A DNA stretch of 53,314 nt from a virus (IMGVR_UViG_3300033148_005268:1-53314), one strand, 5' to 3'. Shown: positions 25,836 to 35,948, counted from the first letter of the stretch. The notes: generated from the sequence alone by a model not told the origin. Made by a program: numbers and translations.

Positions 25836-26252
25836 CTACACCAGCTTCCACCCATCAGGGTGGAGCCGGTGGATTATCCGGCCATTCTGCTCGACTGCCT
25901 CGCGCCGGTCGTTGAAAAAGACCCTGACCGGCACCATATCGGCCCAGTCAAAGCCTTCCTCGCTCCAGACGGCCTGCGCAAAAGCCGTCTGCATGGTCTT
26001 AACAATCAGCGCCCCTACCGGGGAGGCAAAGACGATAGAACGCCTTCCCCGCGTGGCGCTATTAACTAAGTCCACCGCGGTCTTGTATACCGCGGCCTTG
26101 TCTAGCCCCTCCGCGGGGAGCGGCCACGTTGCCCACTCCCCAAACCTATCAGTGAGCAACGCCTCCTGCTGAGGAAGCAAGGAGTGCTGCTCGTTGAGGA
26201 CGACAATCGCGCCGCCCTTAAACCGGGAACCGAATTTCGGTGCCGTCTCCAT
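25836..26252 (-). CDS. Small alpha/beta protein, possibly Csx15/16/20-like (CARF-related)
   Basis: AAAGGAG RBS; IVVLNEQHSLLPQQ..L..RFG, IVFASPV, VRVFFNDRRE...NGRIIH. Confidence 0.5.
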   Translation of the reverse strand: METAPKFGSRFKGGAIVVLNEQHSLLPQQEALLTDRFGEWATWPLPAEGLDKAAVYKTAVDLVNSATRGRRSIVFASPVGALIVKTMQTAFAQAVWSEEGFDWADMVPVRVFFNDRREAVEQNGRIIHRLHPDGWKLV

Positions 26253-26379
26253 GACATTTCTCCTTTGCCCACCAAGTGGGCTATGGCCTGAATTCCACGC
26301 ATCGCCCGAGACCACCCAACGCGCCCGGGTTGCTGCCCCCAAGTTTTACGCCACCCAGAAGGCCTTCGGGCGGTAAGAG

Positions 26380-26805
26380 TTACCGCTTAGCCCAATATGG
26401 GCGAAATAACCACTCGTCCTCAGCCCCAGGCACCTGCACCCAACCATGTTGGGACAGCCAGCGCCCGAACACCCGCTGACGAGTGGCATCATACGGCTCG
26501 ACCATTACTGCCCAGCCCCCGGCGGCGTACCGCTCTGCCACTGCTTGCAGCGCTTGGCCAAGCCGCAATAACACCCCGATGGAAGACGTGCACCGCGTGC
26601 GCCTCTCCCAAACATCAACGCCCTTCTCCAGCGCAGCAGAATCGTACCAAGGCGAGTCCGCTTGGAGCGCCTGAAGAAGGGCGTTCTCCTCAGTAACCAA
26701 CACACAAAGGCGGCACAGCCGTCCTCGTCGACGACTTGCCGATAACTCCGAGAGAACATAACCACTGGTACGTTCCCCGGAATTAATTTTAGCCTCAATT
26801 AACAT
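26380..26805 (-). CDS. Hypothetical protein (start uncertain)
   Basis: 141-aa ORF directly after the sigma54 motif. Confidence 0.4.
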   Translation of the reverse strand: MLIEAKINSGERTSGYVLSELSASRRRGRLCRLCVLVTEENALLQALQADSPWYDSAALEKGVDVWERRTRCTSSIGVLLRLGQALQAVAERYAAGGWAVMVEPYDATRQRVFGRWLSQHGWVQVPGAEDEWLFRPYWAKR

Positions 26806-26817
26806 GCCCCCTTAATA

Positions 26818-26833
26818 AGCACATCCCGTGCCA
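26818..26833 (-). promoter_or_regulatory. Sigma54 (-24/-12) promoter
   Basis: TGGCACG-GGAT-GTGCT; exact GG-N10-GC spacing; points into the accessory operon. Confidence 0.7.
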
Positions 26834-27302
26834 ATATGACAAAAGATTGTCAAAATAACACCCAACTACCTAATACTACACAATAATAACTCGTGCACCA
26901 CTGCACCCACGCCATACCCAAAACGACCCACAACGAAGGAAAATCCCTGCACACATAAGCAATGTTTTACCAATATTTAACGCGCTAACAAGTTAATCTC
27001 CAACAATATCACGCCTTTATCCTGCTACCACACTATGTGTATCCTTTTTCATACAAAAAATTGACAAAATTGTGGGGGAAAAGGTAAAAAATAGCGCAAC
27101 CACCCAATATCACACAGGAATAACCCAAAACAAGAAGTGTAGGAAAAAAAATACAGAAAATTTGGGTTGACAGACAGAAAACCCGACATTTGAATATCAG
27201 GACAGAAAAACGCTATGTATGTAATTTATGTATATGGTTTGTTCAGTTTTTTAACTATGGAAAGTTAAAAATTTAACTAACCAGTGATTTCAATGGGTTA
27301 CA

Positions 27303-27794
27303 GTGGATAGAAAAAACAATAAAAACACCATAACTAACCTAATTTATTCAATATCCGGCCAAAAAGCCATCCTGGCCGTGCCAAGAGTGTTCGTCGAGAT
27401 GGTAGGAAGCCTCAATACAGCCTTCTTTCTCTCACAGGCACTGTACTGGTCCGATCGAGGAAAACACGGCTGGTTTTATAAAACTTATACCGACTGGGAA
27501 GCCGAGCTAGCTCTATCCAAGTATCAGGTTAGACAAGCCGTTGCAGTGCTAAAAAAACGCGGAGTCATCGAAACAAAAGTGAAAAAAGCCGCGGGTAATC
27601 CGACAGTCCATTATCGCATGAACATCAATCGGTTGGCTGAGTGGATAATAGAACACTTATCCCATAAAAATAAAGCATACAACAGCTATCACGAGAAAAA
27701 CAAAGATAACGCACGCCAAGAGGCAATAACTGAAGGCCAGCTAAAAACAATCGCGGATATTGTCTCTGTTGGGCAGATTGGCGGGAGAGAGTAG
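27303..27794 (+). CDS. Winged-HTH protein resembling the N-terminus of phage replication proteins
   Basis: FLSQALYWS...WFYKTYTDWEAELALSKYQVRQAVAVLK...NPTVHYR. Confidence 0.7.
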   Translation: MDRKNNKNTITNLIYSISGQKAILAVPRVFVEMVGSLNTAFFLSQALYWSDRGKHGWFYKTYTDWEAELALSKYQVRQAVAVLKKRGVIETKVKKAAGNPTVHYRMNINRLAEWIIEHLSHKNKAYNSYHEKNKDNARQEAITEGQLKTIADIVSVGQIGGRE

Positions 27795-27795
27795 G

Positions 27796-28401
27796 GTGAC
27801 GGCTAAGAAGAAAACAAATAAGAAGCCGAAGGCTGGCAGGCCAAGTAAGTTCGAAAAAGTAGCCCCAAAGATAAAGCTACTTAGTCGTCGCGGGTTCACT
27901 GATGCGGAGATTGCGCAACTGCTTGACGTCACCCAAAGAACACTTGATAACTGGAAAAAACGCCATGATTCATTTTTTCGTTCCCTAAATGATTGGAAGA
28001 AATTGCCAGATAAACAGGTAGAAAGGTCGCTTTTTGAGCGTGCATGTGGGTATAGTCACCCAGAAACCAAGGTATTCACCTATAATGGCAAAATACTGAC
28101 CTATGAGGTCATAAAACATTACCCGCCAGACCCAACTTCAATGATCTTTTGGCTGAAGAATCGGCAGCGTGCTAGATGGCGCGATAAGATTGATCACGAT
28201 ATTTCTGGCGACATTGGCATCAAAGGGCTCTCGGAGGCCCTATCGCTTGCCGAGAAGAGCTCCGGGGTGATCCCGATAGAGGATGCGCCGCCTGTTGGCT
28301 TGCTGGCGGGCCCGGATAAGGGTAACGGCAACGGTGGTGGCGCAGAAGGAAAGGAGGATGGCGAGGAGGAGCGAGCACGCGCCGTGGGAAGGGCGCATTA
28401 A
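27796..28401 (+). CDS. terS: Terminase small subunit
   Basis: GRPSKF..GFTDAEIAQLLDVTQRTLDNWKK..VERSLFERACGY..HYPPDPTSMIFWLKNR; directly before TerL. Confidence 0.85.
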   Translation: MTAKKKTNKKPKAGRPSKFEKVAPKIKLLSRRGFTDAEIAQLLDVTQRTLDNWKKRHDSFFRSLNDWKKLPDKQVERSLFERACGYSHPETKVFTYNGKILTYEVIKHYPPDPTSMIFWLKNRQRARWRDKIDHDISGDIGIKGLSEALSLAEKSSGVIPIEDAPPVGLLAGPDKGNGNGGGAEGKEDGEEERARAVGRAH

Positions 28402-29929
28402 GACGGCGCTTAAGGATAAGCGCCTAGCTAACCGCTGGTGGCGGTTGAACACGCTCTATTTCGTGACTGACGAGCATGGGCGCAAGGTTAGATTTCGTCC
28501 CGAGGACCGTGACGTCCAGGTCGAGCTATACAATAACCTCTGGTATCTGAATGAGATCCTCAAGTCCCGCCAACATGGTATAACAACTTTTTTCTGCATC
28601 TATTTTCTGGACGCTTGCCTTTTCCGGTCCAATATCCGGGCCGGCATCATCGCCCACAACCGGGAGGACGCGGAGGCTTTTTTCGCTGATAAGGTCAAAT
28701 ATGCCTACGATCAGCTGGATAGTACCGAGATAGGCCGAGCTATCAAGAAATTGCGCCAAGCCAGCCAGGATAGCGCCCGCGAGCTCAAGTTTTCTAACAA
28801 TTCTGCGATCCGCGTGGGCACGTCCCTTAGGTCGGCAACTTTACAGTTCCTTTTGGTGAGCGAATATGGGAAGATCTGCGCCCGTTATCCCGAAAAAGCC
28901 AAGGAAATTCGCACAGGTGCGCTAAATACCGTTCATCCTGGTCAATTCATAGCGATTGAGTCCACGGCTGAGGGCCGCGAGGGGCACTTTTACGAGCTGG
29001 ATAAGTCAGCGCGTGATCTTCTTATCTCTGGCAAGCCTTTGACCAAGATGGACTTCCGGCACTTCTTTTTCCCGTGGTGGCGCAAGCCGGAGTATAGCAT
29101 CAACCCCGAGAACGTTATTATCCCAAGTGAAATGCAGGAATATTTCAATGCTTTACGTGCCGATCACGGTATTGACCTTACTGCTGGCCAGATGGCGTGG
29201 TACGTCAAGAAGTACGAGACTCAGCAGGACGAGATGAAGCGGGAGTTTCCTTCAACCGAGGACGAGGCGTTTGAGGCGGCGATTATTGGTGCGTACTATG
29301 CGACTCAGCTTCGTAAGGCCCGTGCAGACGGCAGGATCGGCGCTGTACCGCACGATCCATCGGCTGAGGTGCATACCGCCTGGGACCTTGGGATAAACGA
29401 CGAGATGGCGATCTGGTTCTTTCAGCGGCACGGTCAGTGGGTGGATGTGATTGATTATTATGAGCATAGCGGTGAGGGACTAGAACACTACGCTGCGGTT
29501 TTACGGGATAAGCCGTACCTGTACGGACAACATTATGCTCCACACGACATTAAAAAGAGGGATCTAATATCCGGCAGGACCCGGCTGTCCCGTGCCGCAG
29601 ACCTTGGTATCCAGTTCACCCCGATTGATAGGGCTGCGGATGTTGTGGAGGACATCAACGAGGTCCGGCGGTTGTTCTACCGGCTTCGTATTGATGAGGC
29701 TGCCTGTGACCGGGGTTTAGCGGCCCTGGAGGCCTATCGCAAGGAATGGAACGATAAGCGGGGCTGTTTTTCCAGGAAGCCGCTCCACAACTGGGCGTCT
29801 AACGGCGCGGATGCTCTTAGAACGCTAGTCCATGGTGTATTGTCAGAGGATACGATGGCGGCTAGCAAGGCGAACATTGACATCTATCGCAAACGCGTTA
29901 GGCCGGGCCTTAGTTGGATGGCTGCGTAG
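28358..29929 (+). CDS. terL: Terminase large subunit
   Basis: LKSRQHGITT (Walker A), LLVSE (Walker B), ESTAEG, AWDLG..D, HNWASNGADALR. Confidence 0.95.
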   Translation: MARRSEHAPWEGRIKTALKDKRLANRWWRLNTLYFVTDEHGRKVRFRPEDRDVQVELYNNLWYLNEILKSRQHGITTFFCIYFLDACLFRSNIRAGIIAHNREDAEAFFADKVKYAYDQLDSTEIGRAIKKLRQASQDSARELKFSNNSAIRVGTSLRSATLQFLLVSEYGKICARYPEKAKEIRTGALNTVHPGQFIAIESTAEGREGHFYELDKSARDLLISGKPLTKMDFRHFFFPWWRKPEYSINPENVIIPSEMQEYFNALRADHGIDLTAGQMAWYVKKYETQQDEMKREFPSTEDEAFEAAIIGAYYATQLRKARADGRIGAVPHDPSAEVHTAWDLGINDEMAIWFFQRHGQWVDVIDYYEHSGEGLEHYAAVLRDKPYLYGQHYAPHDIKKRDLISGRTRLSRAADLGIQFTPIDRAADVVEDINEVRRLFYRLRIDEAACDRGLAALEAYRKEWNDKRGCFSRKPLHNWASNGADALRTLVHGVLSEDTMAASKANIDIYRKRVRPGLSWMAA

Positions 29930-29960
29930 AGGCAGGAGATAGGAGATAGGAGACACATAT

Positions 29961-30128
29961 ATGCTTCGCAGAAGGTACGATTTTAAGACGCACAAGAAAC
30001 GATGGTGCTTAGTTTCTAGGGCGACAGGGCGAGTTCTTGAGTGGTTTGGCGAGCAAAAGCCGTCTAAGGAGCAAGTAACGGCCTCTGAGCGCCGAATTCA
30101 GTACTTCAAGCACCAGAAAGGAGGATAA
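29961..30128 (+). CDS. Small basic protein
   Basis: My translation: MLRRRYDFKTHKKRWCLVSRATGRVLEWFG...ERRIQYFKHQKGG*; triple AGGAGA RBS. Confidence 0.55.
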   Translation: MLRRRYDFKTHKKRWCLVSRATGRVLEWFGEQKPSKEQVTASERRIQYFKHQKGG

Positions 30129-30338
30129 ATGCCGTCAGGGTTGAAGCGAGCGGGCCGGTACGGTCATTCTTACGTGTGGGGCAGGGACCAGAGGATACCG
30201 TCCGAGAGGTATCTTAAGAATTTCGACAAGATCCGGTGGCGCGGGAAGGGCTTTGACAAGTCCTGGCGCCTGATCCGCCGGCCGGGCGAGGGCTACCGTG
30301 TTGGTAATAGGGTTTGGGTGAAGGTATTTCCGGGTTAA
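30129..30338 (+). CDS. Small basic protein
   Basis: GGAGG RBS; YLKNFDKIRW. Confidence 0.55.
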   Translation: MPSGLKRAGRYGHSYVWGRDQRIPSERYLKNFDKIRWRGKGFDKSWRLIRRPGEGYRVGNRVWVKVFPG

Positions 30339-30366
30339 TGTCTAACAATGAAAGGAGCTTAGGTGC

Positions 30367-30882
30367 ATGAAGCATTATTTCATTCAAATGGTGAGCGGGC
30401 ACAAGCAAGAGATCACGAAGGCCGAGTTTGACGCGATCCTGGCGCGTATGGCGAAGGGTGATGTAACCAGGCGGGCGTTACAGAAGCGGCGCGGGCTTGT
30501 CTACACGGACCGGATTGAGGGTTATTTTGTGGTTGAGGAGAGCGAGTGGCTGAAGATGCTGGAGACGTGCCCGTCAGTTATTACGCTGCCGATTGAGTAC
30601 GGTGAGCCGGTCGGGCTACCGATGGAGGAGCCGGAGGTTGAAGTCCAGGAGCCCCCTGTTAAGTCGGAGGACGATAACGGTCTTAGCGACGAGGAGTTAT
30701 CCGCTCCAATGTCTTCTGAGGAGTTTGAGAAGATCGTCATCGCCTCTGGCCTTACAAAAGCCGAGTTTGCCGGCAAGATTGGTGTCAGCCCTGCGCTGGT
30801 TGGGCTTATGATTTCGGGCCGCAACCGTGTCACCGAGCAGACTGCCGCGAAGGTGCGTACAGTGTTCAAGGAGCTGGTATAA
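30367..30882 (+). CDS. Protein with C-terminal XRE-type HTH
   Basis: GLTKAEFAGKIGVSPALVGLMISGR. Confidence 0.65.
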   Translation: MKHYFIQMVSGHKQEITKAEFDAILARMAKGDVTRRALQKRRGLVYTDRIEGYFVVEESEWLKMLETCPSVITLPIEYGEPVGLPMEEPEVEVQEPPVKSEDDNGLSDEELSAPMSSEEFEKIVIASGLTKAEFAGKIGVSPALVGLMISGRNRVTEQTAAKVRTVFKELV

Positions 30883-30885
30883 CGC

Positions 30886-32997
30886 ATGAGAGACGACTCA
30901 AAGCTGGGGGCGCCGTTCTCTAAGCTGGCAAAAGAGGCGAAGCTGCGTGAGGCGAAGAAGCGGTTACGGTATGCTGTTTCGGCTGATTCCGAGTTTCAGC
31001 GTTTGGCCGAGCAGGACTTTCGGTTTCATGCTGGTCATCAATGGAAACCGGAAGAAAAGCGCGTGCTTGAGGTGATCGAGAAGCGCCCGGCGCTTACGTT
31101 CAACTTGATCAAGCCTGCGGTGGACCTCGTGCTTGGTGTGGTTGAGAACAACCAGGTTGCGATCACGCCCGAGCCGACCGAAAAGAACGACCAGTTTCTA
31201 GCCGATATTCTTGCTGATGCGGATAACAAGCTTGTTAACCTTGGTAGCCTATCAGACAAGGAAGATGACGCCTTCGAGAACGCCTGTATCTGCGGCAGGG
31301 GATTTGTTGCGATTGATATTGCGCCGGATCCTGAGCGATTAGGCGAGATTATCATTAACGAGGTCAGCATTCCGCCGCACGAGATCAAGCTGGACCCGGC
31401 CGGCACGCAGGACGATCTTTCCGACCACAGATACATCTTTTGGGATAAGTGGCTTACATTTGAGGACTTCAAGATTCAGTACCCGAAGCACGCGAAGCGT
31501 CTTGACGAGATCGTATCTGCCGACCCGGGTGAGGAGATGCTTTACGCGAAGGCGGCCTCAACGGATGTTTGGGACCTACTGGACGAGGATTCGGACGATA
31601 GCGACTACGATATGCCGCTTGATTTTGCGTACTACGATAAGAGCCGTGGGCGCGTGCACGTGTGTCATATGGAGTACTGGGAGGTGTACGACCGGTATTA
31701 TGGCTTTAATCCGATGACCGGCCAGACCGAGGAGTTTGACCCGCGGGGGTTGAAGTTACTCCAGGAGCGCATACCGGACTTTGAGTACGTTACGATCAAG
31801 GACAAGAAAGTTAAGTGGCTTCAGTTTATTGGTGACGAGGTGCTGTTTGACGGTGATGCTCCGGTGCCGTACCGGGGGTTTTCTATCGTGCCGTGCTTTG
31901 CGTATAAGGACAAGTCCGGCAGGCACGTTAGTCACTTTGGTGTAGTACGGCAGATGATTGACCCGCAAAAGGAGGTTAACAAGCGTTGGTCGCAGACACT
32001 GAACCTGCTGATGAAGCAGGGGCAGGGTGGCTACTTTGCCGAGCTGGACGCTCCGGTTGACCAGGACCAGTGGGAGTCTTCTATTACGTCGCCGGGCGAG
32101 ACCACCTGGGTGAGTAAGGGCGCGATTTCGCAGGTAAAATTTAAAGAGAAGGGTATCCCACAATTCCCCGACGCTGCAATGCGCATGCAGGAGTTTGCAG
32201 CGGACGTTATGAAGAAGATTAGCGGGATCAACCCGGACTTGCTCGGCATGGACCGTGGCAGGCAGGAGCCAGGTGTTGTGATCCGGCTACGGCAGCAACA
32301 GGGCATGGTACTGCTTGCCAAGCTGTTCAAGAGCTATAAGCGCATGAAAAAGCAGATCGCCGAGCGGCGTTTTGCGGTTATCATGGCGTACATGCCAGAC
32401 TCTCAGTTCAAGCGTATCCTGGGCGACTCAGATCGGTACATGTTCCGTGGCGGGCTGGTGGTGGACAAAGAGAACGGCTTTATCGCCCCGATCCGCAACC
32501 TGCGCGACATGCCGTATAACATCACGGCACGCGAGGCGCCTGGGAGCATGACGAAGTCCATGTTTGAGCTGAGCATATTCCTCGAGATGATGTCTAAGGG
32601 CTTTCCGGTTGATCCTGAGACGATCATTTCCAAGCTGGATCTTTCCGCTTCCGAGAAGGCCAAGTGGAAGGATTACATCAAGCGTCAGCAGGATACCCAG
32701 GCTCAGATGGCCCAGCAGGAGCAGGCCGCAAAGCTGATGGAGGCCCAGGCCAAGACGCAGCAGGGGCAGGCTAAGCTAGCCCTTGATGCCAAGAAGCAGG
32801 ACGACGATAAAAAGTTGAAGCTGTTGGAATTACAGGAAAAAGAAAAAGAGGTGTTACGGCAGTACGCCTTAGATGTTGCAAGCTTGGACATTGAAGAGCG
32901 TAAGCTCTTATTTGACCTTGTGGCGAAGCTTAAGCAGGAACACAAGGAGTTCCTCCCCCCAGCGAGGTATGCTGGGAATTTCGTGACGCCGACGTAA
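30886..32997 (+). CDS. Portal protein (P22-like)
   Basis: DFRFHAGHQW..RPALTFNLIKP..ICGRGF..GVVRQMIDPQKEVNKR; Gln-rich C-terminal barrel. Confidence 0.9.
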   Translation: MRDDSKLGAPFSKLAKEAKLREAKKRLRYAVSADSEFQRLAEQDFRFHAGHQWKPEEKRVLEVIEKRPALTFNLIKPAVDLVLGVVENNQVAITPEPTEKNDQFLADILADADNKLVNLGSLSDKEDDAFENACICGRGFVAIDIAPDPERLGEIIINEVSIPPHEIKLDPAGTQDDLSDHRYIFWDKWLTFEDFKIQYPKHAKRLDEIVSADPGEEMLYAKAASTDVWDLLDEDSDDSDYDMPLDFAYYDKSRGRVHVCHMEYWEVYDRYYGFNPMTGQTEEFDPRGLKLLQERIPDFEYVTIKDKKVKWLQFIGDEVLFDGDAPVPYRGFSIVPCFAYKDKSGRHVSHFGVVRQMIDPQKEVNKRWSQTLNLLMKQGQGGYFAELDAPVDQDQWESSITSPGETTWVSKGAISQVKFKEKGIPQFPDAAMRMQEFAADVMKKISGINPDLLGMDRGRQEPGVVIRLRQQQGMVLLAKLFKSYKRMKKQIAERRFAVIMAYMPDSQFKRILGDSDRYMFRGGLVVDKENGFIAPIRNLRDMPYNITAREAPGSMTKSMFELSIFLEMMSKGFPVDPETIISKLDLSASEKAKWKDYIKRQQDTQAQMAQQEQAAKLMEAQAKTQQGQAKLALDAKKQDDDKKLKLLELQEKEKEVLRQYALDVASLDIEERKLLFDLVAKLKQEHKEFLPPARYAGNFVTPT

Positions 32998-33021
32998 CGG
33001 GCGTGAAAGGAGATAGCGAGT

Positions 33022-34143
33022 ATGGGTAACAACGACAGTGCAATGGGCAATGTAGGCGGAGAAGGAGAATTTGAGAAGGTAATGGACGGGGAGCTTGAGC
33101 CTCCTGCGGATGACAGTGATCAATCTGCTGCGGGCGAAGGAGATGGATCGCCGCCGCCGGGCGAGCAGGATGATGCTGGTAAGTCTGAGGGTGGCGAGGG
33201 CGACGACTCGGATGCTGTTGACATTAAGGCCCTTCAGGAGCGCATTGACGCCCTCGAGCGCGAGAGCGCAGGACGGTTGAAGGGTCTCCGGGCGGAGCGC
33301 GAGCAGCGTAAGGCGCTTGAGGCGAAGGTTGCCACGGTCGTGGATCTTGTAAGCAAGTCAAAGTCTGCGCGACAGCAACAGGCGAGCGGAGAAAGCGGTA
33401 CTGACGATGAGACAGTTAGCGCGGGCGGGAAGAAGATCCCGGTATCGTTTGACGATGACGGCAACCCGTACATTGACCCGGAGGACCTGATTGGTCTTAC
33501 AAAGAAGCAGGTCAGCTCGGTTGAGAAGCAGCTTGCGAGCAAGGTTGAGCAGGTCGAGCAAACCCAGCAGGTCTTGGCTGCTCAAACGGAGAACGCAAAA
33601 GCTGTTGATAGTATTCTTAGCCGTGATCCTGCGTTTCCTGCGGCTTATGCGAGGCTGAATCAGGCGTTTCGTATGCTTGATGAGGGCATGGACAAGATTG
33701 TAGCGCGGACGGACATTGACCCGTCAACGCTTACGATCGAGCAATGCCTGGAGCTGATGGAGTCCGACGCGGGCCTGATGAAGCAGTTTCAGTCGCAGTT
33801 CCCGGGGGTTGATGTTGACACTGTTGTTGAAGCCATGGCCCTTTCTCCCGCTGGCAGGGTGAATACGCGCAAGTTGTCTAAGGCCCTATCTGCCCTTAAA
33901 TCCAAGGATGACGAAAGCGCCACTGGCGACACCGGAGGTAAGCAAAAGAAGGGAATAGGGAAAACTCTTAAGGCGATTACGGCAGCGCGTAATCTTGCTG
34001 GCGCAACGAACCAGAAGGGCTCGCGTGAGACGAGTCTTGACGATATTGCGAGCCTGACAACGGAAGATTTTCTAGCGTTGTCGGATGCTCAGGTGAAAGA
34101 GATTGAGAGGGCGCTCCTCCAGGAAGAGATGGCGGAGGTCTGA
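33022..34143 (+). CDS. Scaffolding protein
   Basis: Acidic N-terminus and coiled coil; lies between portal and capsid. Confidence 0.7.
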   Translation: MGNNDSAMGNVGGEGEFEKVMDGELEPPADDSDQSAAGEGDGSPPPGEQDDAGKSEGGEGDDSDAVDIKALQERIDALERESAGRLKGLRAEREQRKALEAKVATVVDLVSKSKSARQQQASGESGTDDETVSAGGKKIPVSFDDDGNPYIDPEDLIGLTKKQVSSVEKQLASKVEQVEQTQQVLAAQTENAKAVDSILSRDPAFPAAYARLNQAFRMLDEGMDKIVARTDIDPSTLTIEQCLELMESDAGLMKQFQSQFPGVDVDTVVEAMALSPAGRVNTRKLSKALSALKSKDDESATGDTGGKQKKGIGKTLKAITAARNLAGATNQKGSRETSLDDIASLTTEDFLALSDAQVKEIERALLQEEMAEV

Positions 34144-34161
34144 CAATAGGAGGCGATAACT

Positions 34162-35235
34162 ATGGCAGTAACAGAGTTCGGTACGAATGATGCCCAGAGC
34201 GTAAGCATTTGGTCTAAGATGACCATGCGCGAGGCGCTGAAGGCGACCAAGTTCCGCAAGTACATGGGTACGAGTAAGAAAGCGATTATCCAGAGGCTTA
34301 CGGAGCTTGAGAAGAACGCAGGCGACACTATCAAGTACGACCTGCTTATGCAGATGACAAGCGCTGGTGTATCCGGCGATGAGCGCCTGAAGGGCAACGA
34401 GGAAGCCCTGGTCTATGAGCAGGATGCGGTGGTGATTAACCAGCTCCGTAACGCGCACGCCTTCAGGCAGATGACCCAGCAAAGGACGGTCCATAACCTG
34501 CGCATTGATGCCAAGGAGAACCTGGCTGACTGGTTTGCCGGCAAGCTGGATTCGTATATGTTCCGGTATCTTTGTGGTGATACGTCGATTAACCACGGCC
34601 AGGCGGGCGTGGCCCCCGACTCGGATCATTACGTTGTAACCGGGGACGTGTCTCACACTGGCACGATCGCAACAGACGAGGCAAGCCTCGGCTCAAACGA
34701 CCAGGTTGATCTGATGGACATCGACTACGCCAAGGAAAAGGCTGGCACGATTTCCCCGATGATCAGACCATGCCTGATTGATGGTGACGAGTTCTACGTT
34801 GCCTGTTTCCACGACTATGCTCTTACGGACATCAAGATTTCTGCAAACACGAACGCTACGATCAAGTGGGCGGAGATTCAGCAGTACGCGAACGTGCGGG
34901 GCTTGCAGAACCCGATCTTTAAGGGCACGAACGGTGTTTACAATAACGTCATTATCGACAACTCAACCCGTATCTATTCCCCGACCAGTAATGTGCGCCG
35001 GAACTTGTTTCTTGGTGCTCAGGCCGGGGTGTTTGCGATCGGTAACGCATATAAGCCGATTGTGCAGAAGCGCGTTGGTAAGGACAACCTGATGTCCTGG
35101 TATGAGGAAGTGGACGATTACGGCAACGAGACCGGTGTTGCTGTTGGCATGGTCTTCGGAATCAAAGCTTGCCGGTTCAATTCCAAGAACCACGGCTGCA
35201 TGGTGATCACCAGCTACGCTGCCTCGCACGGCTAA
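34162..35235 (+). CDS. Major capsid protein (N4-gp56/DUF4043-like)
   Basis: GDTIKYDL..LKGNEEAL..NQLRNA..LRIDAKENLADW..NPIFKG..LFLGAQAG. Confidence 0.85.
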   Translation: MAVTEFGTNDAQSVSIWSKMTMREALKATKFRKYMGTSKKAIIQRLTELEKNAGDTIKYDLLMQMTSAGVSGDERLKGNEEALVYEQDAVVINQLRNAHAFRQMTQQRTVHNLRIDAKENLADWFAGKLDSYMFRYLCGDTSINHGQAGVAPDSDHYVVTGDVSHTGTIATDEASLGSNDQVDLMDIDYAKEKAGTISPMIRPCLIDGDEFYVACFHDYALTDIKISANTNATIKWAEIQQYANVRGLQNPIFKGTNGVYNNVIIDNSTRIYSPTSNVRRNLFLGAQAGVFAIGNAYKPIVQKRVGKDNLMSWYEEVDDYGNETGVAVGMVFGIKACRFNSKNHGCMVITSYAASHG

Positions 35236-35246
35236 TGGGTAGGCTA

Positions 35247-35290
35247 GCGCCGGGATCGTAGCCCCGGCGCTTATTATTAACTTTTATTCG
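35247..35290 (+). terminator. Possible terminator after the capsid gene
   Basis: GCGCCGGG/CCCGGCGC hairpin followed by a T-rich tract. Confidence 0.5.
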
Positions 35291-35318
35291 GGATCGTAAC
35301 CCGAAAGGAGGAACTAAG

Positions 35319-35948
35319 ATGGCAACATTTACGACAACTGGAGGCACAACCTACGACCTGACCGATACCTCGGTAAACCCGGACGCAGTACCGGTTGCAA
35401 CGCCTCGGGAGGGCGGGTTCGTTCTCAGGAACCGGATCAACTTTTCCAGCGTGACCGCGCCGACTGCGACCAATCGGGTGGCGAACGTGCTTCGGCTTCT
35501 GAAGGTGCCGAAGCGCACGGTTATCCGCGAGCTGCGCTTTCACGCAATTCGTGGCCAGACCGCGCCTACGCATGGCTTTTCTAGCGCATCCTCGCTTGGC
35601 TCAAGTGCTGGGAGTGGCGCAACGCTGAACGTTGGCGGGGTTTGGTACATGGACGCCTCGCAGACGGCGTCTTCTGCTGCAACGGATACGGATGCGCTGG
35701 CTGATCACGTGATCACGAAAAAGACTGGCGTGGCGGCTGGCATGCCGACCCTGTCAGCTTCGACCCCGGTTCTGGACTATACGTCCCAATCGGACGGTAA
35801 CGCCCCGACTCTGCCGTTCACGTTCCCGTATGGCGGCTGGATCACGATGGGAATCGAGGATAGTACCGGGTCCTCGGCGTCTTCTGTGTCAGCGAAGATG
35901 TCTGGCGTGCTCGAAGTTCGGGCAGTGTGTGACTACATCCCTGAATAG
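35319..35948 (+). CDS. Putative capsid decoration protein
   Basis: Ser/Thr-rich beta protein after the MCP. Confidence 0.55.
   Translation: MATFTTTGGTTYDLTDTSVNPDAVPVATPREGGFVLRNRINFSSVTAPTATNRVANVLRLLKVPKRTVIRELRFHAIRGQTAPTHGFSSASSLGSSAGSGATLNVGGVWYMDASQTASSAATDTDALADHVITKKTGVAAGMPTLSASTPVLDYTSQSDGNAPTLPFTFPYGGWITMGIEDSTGSSASSVSAKMSGVLEVRAVCDYIPE

Noticed and set aside
26840-27300. CRISPR array or mini-array
   Set aside because: The repeats are short, degenerate and irregularly spaced
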